Of a stretch of 64,000 nucleotides of DNA, positions 40,863 to 50,924 are shown piece by piece (the first letter of the stretch is position 1; each line of letters begins with the position of its first letter). The stretch spans positions 384,001 to 448,000 of the forward strand of contig CAVXEP010000032.1 of assembly GCA_963760795.1 (NCBI GenBank), in the 5' to 3' direction. Under the pieces are notes generated by a model. The model was not told where the DNA came from. It saw only the letters and a list, made by a program, of their open reading frames with translations, and made no database searches. Made by a program: the position numbers and the translations under genes. Source of the stretch: an uncultured delta proteobacterium (GTDB taxonomy: Bacteria; Desulfobacterota; Binatia; UBA9968).

Positions 40863-40958
40863 GCTTTGTGTTTCAAGCAACAGCGCACTGTAGCCCAGGA
40901 CAACACGATTACTTTCGAAGGGACGGTCTTACAGATCCCCAAGACTTCTCCCTTGTAG
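40863..40958 (+). pseudogene. ISNCY/IS1202-like transposase internal fragment
   Basis: LCFKQQRTVAQDNTITFEGTVLQIP resembles the C-terminal R.V..DN.I motif of this group. Confidence 0.5.
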
Positions 40959-41179
40959 GCCGCATATAACGTTCTAAGTGATGCGAGAATATCCTTCGTC
41001 AAGAGCGATCGCGATTGGGTCTCGTTGCCAATGTGAGAAACGAGCTCGTATGTCATTATCCCATAGCAGCTACACAGCGGCTCCTCGGTTCAGTCCACCT
41101 CATTTTACGGTGCCTTCAATTAACTTGATTGCCACCAAACTTTAGGGATAAAACGCTATACGTTAGAGCACGGAAAAAT

Positions 41180-41623
41180 ATGTCGGACGTTACAGAGTTC
41201 CATCAGGCAGTAAAGCACGGTGATGTGACAGCAATGAAGGCTTTGCTTGGCACAAATCGTGGGCTCGCTAACTCAAGAAGTGACACAGACCCACGTGGCA
41301 CCTATCCGCTTCATGTTGCCGCCGAATTCGGTCAGCCCGAAGCTGCTCAAGTTCTACTGGACTTTGGTGCAGATGTATCGCTTTTGGATTCTGAGAATGA
41401 CGCTATTGCTCTTGGCTGGGCAGCCTTCTTTGGGCGGCCCCAAGTTGTAGCGGTCCTGCTAGCCGCGGGCTCCGAACCAAGCCAACGCAACAAGAATGGT
41501 TTGACTCCATTAGGGTGTGCCGTGGGCGGGACGCAAGGTAGGTGGCAAAAGTTTTCTAACGCCACCCTTGACGATTGGCGAAAATCTTCTGAGATTATTC
41601 TTTCTCATGGCGGTGTCGAATGA
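41180..41623 (+). CDS. Cassette: ankyrin repeat protein
   Basis: PLHVAAEFG, WAAFFG, TPLGCA; bounded by GTTAGAGC/GCTCTAAT. Confidence 0.8.
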   Translation: MSDVTEFHQAVKHGDVTAMKALLGTNRGLANSRSDTDPRGTYPLHVAAEFGQPEAAQVLLDFGADVSLLDSENDAIALGWAAFFGRPQVVAVLLAAGSEPSQRNKNGLTPLGCAVGGTQGRWQKFSNATLDDWRKSSEIILSHGGVE

Positions 41624-41726
41624 TCTCTCTCTGCATCCGCGCTCTAATCGTAGATTTTAGCGCCAACGCGCCCCAAGCAGCGCGCGTCTAAACCGGAACG
41701 TTAGCTGCTCCGGAAGGGAGGCCTCT

Positions 41727-42137
41727 ATGCCAACTACATCGAAAACGTCGCTGTGCGGCGCCGCAACTGTGTTTGTTGTGCGGGATGTGATCCGAAGTGT
41801 GGAACATTACCGCGAGGTACTCGGTTTCGATATCGAGTTTACATATGGCCAGCCGACGTTTTACGCTGGAGTCGAACGCGACGGCGTCGTCATTCATCTG
41901 CAAGCCGCGAGCGAAACCAAACGACAACCCGGCCAAGGCGCAGTAAACGTATTTGTGACTGACGTGGATGACTTTTATCGGGAGTTGAGATCTCGCGGCG
42001 CCGAAACATTGAACGAGCCCAAGGATTACCCCTATGGTATGCGTGACTTCGACGTCAACGACATCGACGGAAATCAACTGTGCTTCGGCATGGCAGTGGC
42101 GCAGCAGCTAACTCCAGGTGGGACAGACAAGCTATGA
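41727..42137 (+). CDS. Cassette: VOC/bleomycin resistance family protein
   Basis: VRDVIRSVEHY..LGF, YGMRDF..DIDGN. Confidence 0.8.
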   Translation: MPTTSKTSLCGAATVFVVRDVIRSVEHYREVLGFDIEFTYGQPTFYAGVERDGVVIHLQAASETKRQPGQGAVNVFVTDVDDFYRELRSRGAETLNEPKDYPYGMRDFDVNDIDGNQLCFGMAVAQQLTPGGTDKL

Positions 42138-42271
42138 GCCGCCATGGCTCGTTGTCCTAGAGTCGGCCTGCGGATCATATTGAACCAGCAACGTATGATC
42201 GCAAAATAGCGTTAATCCAAATGCTTAAAATGATTTTTCCCAGGTAAAACTTACGATTTAAGAGTCAAGCG

Positions 42272-42360
42272 ATGCCGCGCGCCGATCGCCATTTTCTGCC
42301 CGGTTACATTTGGCCCATCACCGCTGTCATCAAAAGTCTCTGTTGAAGTTTGCCCGTGAG
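42272..42360 (+). pseudogene. RAYT-like Y1 transposase N-terminal fragment joined to the right half of an attC
   Basis: MPRADRHFLPGYIW/HRCHQK.LLKFARE, then TGAGCTTGGGCGTTAGGC. Confidence 0.7.
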
Positions 42361-42399
42361 CTTGGGCGTTAGGCCGTGCAGTTTTGAAAGGAAGCCGAC

Positions 42400-42786
42400 A
42401 TGAAGCGCGTTATCAAGACAACCCACGCTGCCGCGATGTACAACCCGGTCTCACAAGCGACTGTTGCGCCCAACGGAATGTTGTACACGCCCGGTATGGT
42501 CGGACGGTCGCCAGAAAGTGGCGACATGCTGCAAACCTTTGACGAGCAGGCCCATCAGGCTCTGCGAAATCTAGGAGCTCTGCTAAAGGAAGAGGGGGGC
42601 GACTACCGCGATGTCATGTTCGTGCAGCTCTATTTGCTCGACATGGCAAAGATCGAGCAGTTCAACGAGATCTTCAAGAGCTACTTCCCCACCGAACCTC
42701 CGGCGCGCGCGGTGTGTCAACCACTGAAACTCTATCCGGGCACGCAGGTCATGTTTGCCGCGGTCGCCTGTGTGGCCACATCCTAA
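42400..42786 (+). CDS. Cassette: RidA (YjgF/UK114) family protein
   Basis: EQAHQALRNL, FNEIFKSYF..PPAR. Confidence 0.8.
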   Translation: MKRVIKTTHAAAMYNPVSQATVAPNGMLYTPGMVGRSPESGDMLQTFDEQAHQALRNLGALLKEEGGDYRDVMFVQLYLLDMAKIEQFNEIFKSYFPTEPPARAVCQPLKLYPGTQVMFAAVACVATS

Positions 42787-42831
42787 CCCTAGCCGCTGAA
42801 TTCAAAAATTAGCGGACAAGTAGGAGGAACT

Positions 42832-43143
42832 ATGCTCGAACTCAGACCGACCTGTGAGCATTGCAACAAGGCATTGCCGCCGAACTCGCTCGAGGCACGC
42901 GTCTGTAGCTATGAATGCACCTTCTGTGTCACTTGTGTAGATAGCATTTTGAGTAACAATATTTGTCCGAATTGCGGTGGTGGTTTTGTCCCGAGACCGA
43001 TCAGGCCGGCGATAAACTGGAAAGACGACAACTATCTTGGCAAGGACCCGGCAAGCACGAAAGTCAAACATCGGCCGGTGGATCTGGAAGCCTATGCAAA
43101 ACTTGTGGCGGCAATCGGCAGCTTGCCTGCGGAAAAGCGATAA
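42832..43143 (+). CDS. Cassette: DUF1272 protein
   Basis: MLELRPTCEHC, CSYECTFC, CPNCGG. Confidence 0.88.
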   Translation: MLELRPTCEHCNKALPPNSLEARVCSYECTFCVTCVDSILSNNICPNCGGGFVPRPIRPAINWKDDNYLGKDPASTKVKHRPVDLEAYAKLVAAIGSLPAEKR

Positions 43144-43215
43144 CGCATTTTGAGCGAACGGCCACAGCAGTGTTGCCCTAACCTAAACCGCCTGCTCTTT
43201 TTGGCGTCATTGATT

Positions 43216-43464
43216 ATGGCTGCGAGAACCTCTGCAGCTAAACCGCATACCGTGCACCACCGGGACGGAAGTGTTTGGACAAAGGGGCAAACGATCGACG
43301 GGGTGCCAACGGGGTATTGGGAGTGGTTTCGCAAGGATGGAACACAGCTGCGTTCCGGCAACTTTGAAAAAGGGCAGCAAGTCGGACAGTGGACTACCTA
43401 CGACCGGAAAGGCCAGGTCTACAAAGTGACAACCATCAGGCCCAAGCTAGCGCGTCGCCGATAA
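43216..43464 (+). CDS. MORN-variant repeat (YwqK-like) protein
   Basis: GYWEWFRKDG..RSG.F..G.QVGQWTTYD. Confidence 0.65.
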   Translation: MAARTSAAKPHTVHHRDGSVWTKGQTIDGVPTGYWEWFRKDGTQLRSGNFEKGQQVGQWTTYDRKGQVYKVTTIRPKLARRR

Positions 43465-43638
43465 TGCTTTTTCGGCGTAAAAACGTGTCAATCGGGGAAG
43501 GCTTACGCCATGCGTTCAAAAGCCAACAAACATCGATGAGTGACTGGCATTCTCATCAAGAAGATCCGCAGGCGCTTGAGAGTCTGCACAAGACGACCCA
43601 GCTGCGCGAACGATCCTAATTTACTTGAAGAGGAAGTC

Positions 43639-44283
43639 ATGGCCAAACTGCGCTTTAAAATCTCAATGTCGCTCGACGGTTTTGTTGCCGGTCCGAGCCA
43701 GAGCGTGGAGAACCCGCTCGGAATCGGCGGCGGGCGTCTGCACGAGTGGGTCTTTCAGCTTGCGGTGTTTCGCGAGCTGCTTAGCCTCGAAGGCGGGGAG
43801 GTTAACGAAAGCACCGCGGTCGTCGAAGAATCCCTCGCCAACATCGGCGCCACGGTGATGGGGCGCAACATGTTTGGCGGGCATCCCGGCCCTTGGGATG
43901 CCACAAGTCCATGGAACGGCTGGTGGGGAATTAATCCGCCTTTCCATCACCCAGTATTTGTGCTTACGCATCACGCCCGTGAACCACTCGAACTTGAAGG
44001 AGGGACGACCTTCACGTTTGTCACCAGCGGCATTGAGACAGCGCTTGAACTGGCGCTGCGCGCCGCCGGCGGTCAAGACGTATCTCTCGGCGGCGGCGCA
44101 AGTGCCGCACAGCAGTATCTCGCTGCCGGCCTAGTGGACGAGATGGAGATCAATCTCGTGCCGACGCTCCTCGGCAGCGGGGAGCGGTTGTTCGATGGTG
44201 TCGGCGACAACCGGCACGGACTCGATCTGGTGCGGACCGTCGCCGCGCCAAGGGTGACCCACCTCAAGTTCGCCAAGCGCTGA
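43639..44283 (+). CDS. RibD C-terminal/dihydrofolate reductase family protein
   Basis: SMSLDGF, MGRNMF, WWGINPPFH, GLVDEM. Confidence 0.85.
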   Translation: MAKLRFKISMSLDGFVAGPSQSVENPLGIGGGRLHEWVFQLAVFRELLSLEGGEVNESTAVVEESLANIGATVMGRNMFGGHPGPWDATSPWNGWWGINPPFHHPVFVLTHHAREPLELEGGTTFTFVTSGIETALELALRAAGGQDVSLGGGASAAQQYLAAGLVDEMEINLVPTLLGSGERLFDGVGDNRHGLDLVRTVAAPRVTHLKFAKR

Positions 44284-44339
44284 GAAAACTTAGGCTGCGC
44301 TTGGAATGTTCGTTAATCCAAATACGAAGGAGTAAGACA

Positions 44340-44711
44340 ATGGCAAATAATCCAGTCGGCTGGTTTGAAATCTATGTGCAAGACATGGATCGTGCGAAGC
44401 AGTTTTACCAATCGGTCTTCCAGCTTAAGTTGGAGCGGCTCAACAGCCCAGGCCTGGAAATGTGGAGCTTCCCGATGGCTATGGATAACACGGGCGCCTC
44501 TGGTGCCTTAGTCAAAATGGACGGTTTCCCGTCCGGCGGCAATAGCACTCTGGTTTACTTCACTTGCACGGATTGCGCCGTGGAAGCGGGGCGGGTCACG
44601 GCGTCCGGCGGTCGTATGCAACGAGAAAAGATGTCCATTGGCCAGTACGGCTTCATTGCCTTGGCCTTCGACACGGAAGGCAATATGTTTGGTTTGCACT
44701 CAATGCAATAG
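44340..44711 (+). CDS. VOC family protein
   Basis: NPVGWFEIYVQDMDRA, DTEGNMFGLHS. Confidence 0.85.
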   Translation: MANNPVGWFEIYVQDMDRAKQFYQSVFQLKLERLNSPGLEMWSFPMAMDNTGASGALVKMDGFPSGGNSTLVYFTCTDCAVEAGRVTASGGRMQREKMSIGQYGFIALAFDTEGNMFGLHSMQ

Positions 44712-44736
44712 CTGCCATCAACAACCAGGAGGCTTT

Positions 44737-45219
44737 ATGCCAAATGCCCAGTCCCCAACCGCAATCGTTGCCTCGGACGCGGCACCGCGAGCCAAGCCGA
44801 CAAATTATCCAGAGCCATTTGCCTCCCGCATGGCAGGGCGAGAAAAGCGTCCGCTGGGCGACCTGTTCGGCCTGGCGAATTTCGGTGTCAATCTAACGCG
44901 CCTTCGTCCGGGCGGCGCCTCTGCGCTGCGCCATGCCCACTCAAAGCAAGATGAATTCGTCTACATCTTGGCGGGGCACCCGGTACTCATCACGGATGAC
45001 GGCGAGACGCCGCTTGCGCCAGGAATGTGCGCGGGTTTCAAAGCCGGTACGGGCAACGGTCATCATCTGGTCAATCGAGCGGGCGAAGACGTTGTTTATC
45101 TCGAAGTCGGCGACCGGAGCGCCGGCGATGCCGGGACTTATCCAGACGACGACTTACAAGCTGTGTTGGACAAGGACGGGAAATGGCGGTTCTTACATAA
45201 GAATGGCGCGCCCTATTGA
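44737..45219 (+). CDS. Cupin domain protein
   Basis: FGVNLTRL.PG..SALRHAH..QDEF, GHHLVN. Confidence 0.85.
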   Translation: MPNAQSPTAIVASDAAPRAKPTNYPEPFASRMAGREKRPLGDLFGLANFGVNLTRLRPGGASALRHAHSKQDEFVYILAGHPVLITDDGETPLAPGMCAGFKAGTGNGHHLVNRAGEDVVYLEVGDRSAGDAGTYPDDDLQAVLDKDGKWRFLHKNGAPY

Positions 45220-45382
45220 AACGCGGGCGCTGGACGGTGGCGCGGCGGCGCGCCAGGCTGGCCTGGCTTGCGCGGCACGCTACGCATCGAAGCCCGATCG
45301 TGGCGCTGAGCAGCCGAAGAGTTGAGCCGTTTTTGTTCGCAGTCATGGCGCCATTTTTCATGATGCAGTGGTACGCAACGGG

Positions 45383-45447
45383 GCCTAACAAATGATTCAA
45401 CTCGGACAGTCTTTTCCGCTGGCGCGCCGGTTAAGCTCACGTTGAGG
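45383..45447 (+). mobile_element. attC site
   Basis: GCCTAAC..TTCAACTCGG..CCGGTTAA..GTTGAGG. Confidence 0.7.
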
Positions 45448-45472
45448 CAGCGAGTTAGGTAAGGGGTGTCCC

Positions 45473-46423
45473 ATGCGGAGGTTTTTTGCAGTTTTCCTGG
45501 CGATTTTTATTTTTCGGTCCGTGGCCCCTGCGGCAGATAAGATTAGGATTGGTTTTGCTCCTGGAGCCAGTTCTACCCCTTTCCCTCTGGCGCAGAAGAA
45601 AGGATTCTTGAAAGAGGAGGGATTTGAAGCCGAGATCATTCGCATGTCCAGCACTGTAGCAGTGGCGGCGCTGACCAGCGGAGAAGCCGATTATATTACC
45701 GGCATCAGTGCTATACGGGGAGCGATTCAAGGGCTACCGCTTAAAGTCGTTGCCTCCTATATACAAGGCAGCTCGCAGACGCTCGTGGCCCGTGCTGACA
45801 TCAAAACCGTTAGAGAGCTTAAGGGAAAAACAATTGTGATCGGGACTCCTGGGGGCAGTCCTGATCGCCATGCGCGATTGATGGTCAAGCATTTTGGCCT
45901 AGAGCCGGAGAAAGATGTAAAGTTCGCTTCGGGAGGCCTTACCGAAGGCCGTCTTGCCCGTCTGCAGCAGGGGTTAATCGACGCAACGGTAGTTCCGGTC
46001 CCCCTGGATCTTCAAGCAAGAAAGTTGGGATTGAATGTCCTCGCGCGAGCCTATGAGATATTCACCTATCCCGAGGGTGGTCTGATAACGACGACAACGA
46101 AAATCAGAGGGAAGCCCGACGAAGTCAAGCGAGTTATCAGAGCAGGTATTAAGGCCAGCCGTTATATCAGGACAAATCGCGACGGAACGATTCAGTTTCT
46201 GATGGAGTGGCAGAGGACCGATCGAGAGATAGCCACAGGAACTTACGAATATTTATCGAAAGCCACTAATGACAGTGGCAGCCTGTCGGAAAACGGTTTT
46301 CGACTGATAATCGAGGAGATTAAAGAGCTAGCTAGGGTAAGCCGCGAGGTTGCATTAAGCGAAGTTGCCGATCTTTCGATACTCAGAGAGGCACAGAAGG
46401 AGCTTGGGATTAAAGGAAATTAA
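45473..46423 (+). CDS. Cassette: NMT1/THI5-like ABC substrate-binding protein
   Basis: Signal peptide, AQKKGFLKEEG, ELKGKTI..PGG. Confidence 0.8.
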   Translation: MRRFFAVFLAIFIFRSVAPAADKIRIGFAPGASSTPFPLAQKKGFLKEEGFEAEIIRMSSTVAVAALTSGEADYITGISAIRGAIQGLPLKVVASYIQGSSQTLVARADIKTVRELKGKTIVIGTPGGSPDRHARLMVKHFGLEPEKDVKFASGGLTEGRLARLQQGLIDATVVPVPLDLQARKLGLNVLARAYEIFTYPEGGLITTTTKIRGKPDEVKRVIRAGIKASRYIRTNRDGTIQFLMEWQRTDREIATGTYEYLSKATNDSGSLSENGFRLIIEEIKELARVSREVALSEVADLSILREAQKELGIKGN

Positions 46424-46467
46424 GTCTTTTTAAGCTTGTGCGGGCGCTGTCTGAACGTCGTCACATT

Positions 46468-46527
46468 GTCTAACCATCGGTTTGTCAAGGACGCGACGGA
46501 CCGCGCCTCTTACCCAAACCGTTAGCG
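46468..46527 (+). mobile_element. attC site, related to the one at 17613
   Basis: GTCTAACCATCGG..GTTAGCG. Confidence 0.65.
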
Positions 46528-46657
46528 CAGCGCCGAAACGGATGACGACAGAACAGCACAACAGAAAACACCAAGCTATGACTCTGAGCGCGTTCCAGGA
46601 AAAGATTCGCGCCGCCCTGACTGTCGAGGCGGCGAAACGAAAGGGTTTCGCTTCCCA

Positions 46658-47806
46658 ATGAGCGTGCCTTTAGAAACCCAAACTCCGCCGCTCGCTGCCA
46701 ACTGCGCCGTCTGCGGCATTCCACTCTTGGGCTTGGCCGCCGTTTTCTTGAGGTGGCGAGGCATTCGCCGGAGCCCGCGCAACCCGAATTGCTGCACACA
46801 GTGCGGCGCCCACCTGGAGGAGGGCCGCCTCGTGGAGATGACGGTGGTCTTCGCCGATATCTCCTCTTTCACAGAGATGACGGGCCGTCTGGGGGCAAAC
46901 GCCACTTACTCAGTGGTCGATGAGTTTCTGCGCCTGGCTTCGACAACACTGATGAGCCACGGGGCCTTCATCGACAAATACATCGGCGATGCGGTGATGG
47001 CCTTCTTCAACGTTCCGATAAAACGCGCCGACCATGCGGCGGCCGCGGTGGCAGCTGCGGCCAAGCTCCAAGCTCTCCTTCCCGGACTTTCCGAACGTCT
47101 GGGCGTGCCCCTGCGGGCGTCGATCGGCATAGCCTCGGGCTTTGCCCGCGTCGGACGTCTGGGCTCAGACGACATCAAGGATTACACGGCCATCGGTGAT
47201 GCCGTTAACCAGGCGGCGCGCCTGCAGGCGCAAGCCCGGGCCACCGAAATCGTCGTGTCGCAGGACGTTTATCAAGAGGTCGCCTCGGCCTATCCCGGCG
47301 TCCCAGCCGAGTCGTTCGCCCTCAAGGGATTCCCGCAGCGCAGCGTGGCCTACCGTTTGAACGGCAAGCCGGAGGGGCCGCTCTCCGCTGCCTGGTCGCA
47401 GCTTGAAGATCGGCCGGCGATGAACTGGAGCGCGATGACGCTCGCCTTACTCGGCAGCGGCTGCCTTGGCAGTAATCTTGCCGCCGCGCTGGTGCTGGCC
47501 TTCGGCGGCGGTGCGGCGGGGGCGCTTCTTGCGCTCGCGACCTGGTTCGACAAGGGCCCCGCCCGCGTGCCCCTCCTTATGGCGTCGACCCTGATTGCTT
47601 CAATCGTGCTGGTCTCGCTCGAGCGTCAACGCCGCATGCGCCGCGACTGCATAGCCCGACGCTCCTGTCTGGAGATGACGGCCCAGGAAAGGCGCCAGGT
47701 TCGGCTTGCGGCCGGCTTGGCAGCGGCGTCCGTGGCGCTCATCGCGTTAGAACTTTTGATGCACTACGTGATCGGCCATCCGCTCGTTCGCCGGCCTACC
47801 TTATGA
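46658..47806 (+). CDS. Class III adenylate/guanylate cyclase with an N-terminal Cys cluster and C-terminal TM helices
   Basis: CAVC..CCTQC, FADISSFT, DKYIGDAVMA, GDAVNQAARLQ. Confidence 0.85.
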   Translation: MSVPLETQTPPLAANCAVCGIPLLGLAAVFLRWRGIRRSPRNPNCCTQCGAHLEEGRLVEMTVVFADISSFTEMTGRLGANATYSVVDEFLRLASTTLMSHGAFIDKYIGDAVMAFFNVPIKRADHAAAAVAAAAKLQALLPGLSERLGVPLRASIGIASGFARVGRLGSDDIKDYTAIGDAVNQAARLQAQARATEIVVSQDVYQEVASAYPGVPAESFALKGFPQRSVAYRLNGKPEGPLSAAWSQLEDRPAMNWSAMTLALLGSGCLGSNLAAALVLAFGGGAAGALLALATWFDKGPARVPLLMASTLIASIVLVSLERQRRMRRDCIARRSCLEMTAQERRQVRLAAGLAAASVALIALELLMHYVIGHPLVRRPTL

Positions 47807-47969
47807 AAAGTTTGAATTTCCTGTCGCCCGAAAACATCGGCGTACTTGAAGAGACCACGGTTTCAGAGGGACAGCGTGTGTGCTTCGACGACGGACCGGA
47901 TAGAGTCAGGTTGAGTTTATTGAGATGAAGTCGTAAGGCTAAAAACCACTTAACCAGAAGAGGAAAACC

Positions 47970-49271
47970 ATGACGCAATTAAGTCCATTACGGGTGGGTC
48001 TCATCGGCGCAGGCGGCAGATGGGGGCCGCGCGCGCATGTGCCGGCGCTGAAGGGTGTGTCCGAGGCCGAGCTCTATGCCGTGTGCACGGCCCATGCGGA
48101 AACCGCCCAGGCAGCGGCCGATAAGTTCGGCGTGACACGCGCCTACGGCAGCGACAGTGCTTTACACGCCGACCCGCAGGTCGAAGCCGTGGCGGTGGCG
48201 GTGCGCGTGCCGGCGCACTATGGGCTTAGCAAAAACGCCCTCGAAGCGGGCAAGCATGTCTTCTGCGAATGGCCCCTCGGCGCGAATACCAAAGAGGCCG
48301 AAGAGCTCGCAGCGTTGGCGCGCCAGAAAAACCTCCGCACCATGGTCGGCTTGCAGCGCCGGGCGTCGCCCGCTTATCTGTACATGCGCGAGCTCATCCA
48401 GCAAGGTTACGTCGGCCAGGTGCTATCGGTGAACATGATGCTGATCAACAGCGGCGTGTTGACCCGTCCCTCGGATCGGACCTGGCAGCGCGATGTGACG
48501 CTGGGCGCGAACACGCTGACGATTACCTTCGGCCATGTGCTTGACGCCATGTGCATGGTGGTCGGCGAGATCACCGAACTGTCCGCCATCGTCGGCACCC
48601 AGGTGCCGCAGTGGTTCGAGACCGACACGAAGAAATACGTCGACGTCACCTCACCCGATAACATTGTGGTTCAGGGCCGGCTCGAAAACGGTGCCATCGT
48701 CAATGCCTGCTGCGGCGTGCAGCCGTACCACGGCAGCGGCCACCGCTTGGAGATTTACGGCAGGGACGGCATGCTGGCGATGATCGGCGGCGGTGAGGGC
48801 GGCGAGGAGCGCCGGCGCAAGCTCATGGGCGGACACAAAGACGACAAGGCGCCGCAGGAGTTGCCAGTGCCGGAGCGCTTCACCTGGGTGCCGGAAGCCG
48901 TGCGCGACGGCGGTCCGGCGTACGATGTGGGCCAGATGTGGGTCAAGTTTGCCGAAGCGATCCGCACCGGCTCGAACATCGGGTCTGACTTCGATCACGC
49001 GGTGCGCCGCCACCGAATGTTGGACACCATCGTGCGCGCTTCACAGACCGGGCAACGGCAGAAAGTTGAGTTGGATCATGGCCGGATAAGCCGGACAGAA
49101 GATTCTGCCGCCAGGCGCAGTCGCCAGTCAGAGTTTGTCATCGACCAGGGAGAACTTGATCTCGCTTGCTCGGCTACTATGACAGAACTGATTGCTCGCA
49201 GGCTATGCTGCGCGAGAGGCAAGCGCAATGAACGCCGCCAACGGGCAATTGAAAAGATAAAAAACCCATGA
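47970..49271 (+). CDS. Gfo/Idh/MocA oxidoreductase (homology ends near 49075; the extension may be an artefact)
   Basis: GLIGAGG, GKHVFCEWP, GLQRR, GHVLD. Confidence 0.85.
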   Translation: MTQLSPLRVGLIGAGGRWGPRAHVPALKGVSEAELYAVCTAHAETAQAAADKFGVTRAYGSDSALHADPQVEAVAVAVRVPAHYGLSKNALEAGKHVFCEWPLGANTKEAEELAALARQKNLRTMVGLQRRASPAYLYMRELIQQGYVGQVLSVNMMLINSGVLTRPSDRTWQRDVTLGANTLTITFGHVLDAMCMVVGEITELSAIVGTQVPQWFETDTKKYVDVTSPDNIVVQGRLENGAIVNACCGVQPYHGSGHRLEIYGRDGMLAMIGGGEGGEERRRKLMGGHKDDKAPQELPVPERFTWVPEAVRDGGPAYDVGQMWVKFAEAIRTGSNIGSDFDHAVRRHRMLDTIVRASQTGQRQKVELDHGRISRTEDSAARRSRQSEFVIDQGELDLACSATMTELIARRLCCARGKRNERRQRAIEKIKNP

Positions 49272-49991
49272 CGACTACGACCCATGAGATTAAGGTGATG
49301 ACCTCGGGGGCTTTTACCGCGGCGTATCTTGAGCTCATTCCCCAACTCGAAGCGTTGACGCAGAAAAAAATCGTTACCGCGGCAACCTCCATCGGCACGG
49401 GAGAGAGTTCTATCCCTAAGCCGGCTTAAGCGCGGCGAGGCCGTCGACGTTATCATCGTCGCGGACGGCGTGCTGACGGGATTCATCAAGGACGGTTTGG
49501 TTTTGCCTGAAAGCTATACGCCGCTGGTACGCTCCGCCATCGGCATGGCCGTGCGCGCCGGAGCCGCCAAGCCGGACATTGGCTCCGTCGACGCCTTGAA
49601 GCGCACGCTTTTGCAAGCAAAGTCTATCGCATATTCGGCCAGCGTAAGCGGCGAATATTTGACCAAGGAGCTTTATCAGCGCTTGGGCATCGTCGACCAA
49701 GTGATGAGTAAGAGCCGGCTCATCGGCGGCGGTGAGCGCGTCGGCGCGGTGATCGCGCGCGGTGAGGCGGAGATCGGTTTCCAGCAGATGAGTGAGCTGA
49801 TGCCGGTGGCTGGCATAGCGCATGTGACGCCGCTGCCGGCGGAAGTGCAGAAGGTTTCGGTGTTCTCGGCCGGCATCGCTAAAAGCACGACAGATGCGGC
49901 CACGGCTCGGGCGGTGATTAAATTCCTCGCGTCGCCTGAGGCGGCCAGCGCCATCACAAAGAGCGGCTTGGAGCCGATTGCAAAGCCTTGA
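49268..49991 (+). CDS. ModA-like ABC substrate-binding protein (frameshift near 49420)
   Basis: VMTSGAF, RSAIGMAV..KPDI, SASVSG, QQMSEL. Confidence 0.75.
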
Positions 49992-50074
49992 TGTCGAGCC
50001 GCAATGGCCGGTTACGTGTTAGTGGGCTTCGTTAGCGGCACGAACCAGACCCTATCCGCTTTGCCTGACCGTCA

Positions 50075-50560
50075 TTAATGCGCGCTTGCCGGCGCCCGGC
50101 CGCTGGCTACTTCAACAATTTCACTTAAACTCTTGTCCAAATCGAGTGGGCGATTTTCCCGCGCGGCGTCGCGCTCGGCAACCAGGGCGTAGACTTCGAG
50201 GCGATTGCCTTCGGGGTCGAGGAAGTAGCAGGAGACCGTGTTGCCCATCTCGGCGTAGGCATGGCTGACGCAATGGTCGATGGGAACGCCGTGGGCTTTG
50301 AAGCGTTCGTAGAACTCTTTGATCTCCGCCGGAGTTTCGACTTTCCAGGCGATATGGGCGATCAGCTTGGCGTCGCCTTCGCGACCCTTGACCAGGGCAA
50401 GTTGGTGGTCATCGAGTTCCGGATCGGGAGTTAAAAACACCATGCGGTTGGCGTTCTCGCGGTATTTAACCAAGCCCAACATGTTGGTGTAGAAGTCGAC
50501 CATCTTGTCGAGGTCGTTAACATAAAGCACGATATGGCTGATGCTGGTGATCTTCGGCAT
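50075..50560 (-). CDS. VOC family (extradiol dioxygenase-like) protein
   Basis: SHIVLYV, HQLAL, HIAW, YFLDPEGNRLE. Confidence 0.85.
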   Translation of the reverse strand: MPKITSISHIVLYVNDLDKMVDFYTNMLGLVKYRENANRMVFLTPDPELDDHQLALVKGREGDAKLIAHIAWKVETPAEIKEFYERFKAHGVPIDHCVSHAYAEMGNTVSCYFLDPEGNRLEVYALVAERDAARENRPLDLDKSLSEIVEVASGRAPASAH

Positions 50561-50924
50561 AGGAACCTCCTTGGTTTACAGCGCGATTGGTTTTGTCACT
50601 GCTCTGGCTTCGCTAGGGACAGTATCCAACCCGGTCCGCCGATGTCAACTTAAACTATCGCTATGCTCGACAGCCGGACGGCATGTCATTAGGATACCCC
50701 GATCATCTATGACGAAACCACGATCGATCTTTGCATCTCAATGCCCATCCGGATCTCAAGAACGAGATCATCCAGGCAGCTCAGGAGCCACCGGCCGGGG
50801 TGAACTATTTTTCCGTTGCGCGACCTTTGCTGTGGCGTGATACGCTGAATAAATTTTTAATGGCTAAACGGCTATTTCATTGACCGTTCACAGCGAAACC
50901 TCGTATATAGGCGCAGATTGACCG

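Larger units (their letters stand above)
33436..47806 (+). mobile_element. Integron cassette array 2 (more decayed)
   Basis: attC or half-attC sites at 33972-34039, 34824-34881, 37334-37431, 38035-38112, 41642-41706, 42106, 42368, 42781-42814, 45383-45447 and 46468-46527; all credible ORFs on the + strand. Confidence 0.82.

Noticed and set aside
41100-41168. Fifth attI-like site before the ankyrin cassette (GGATAAAACGCTATACGTTAGAG), and a similar candidate near 38095-38112
   Set aside because: No intI tail, no TTGACA block and a poor match to the TCACT..AATA motif
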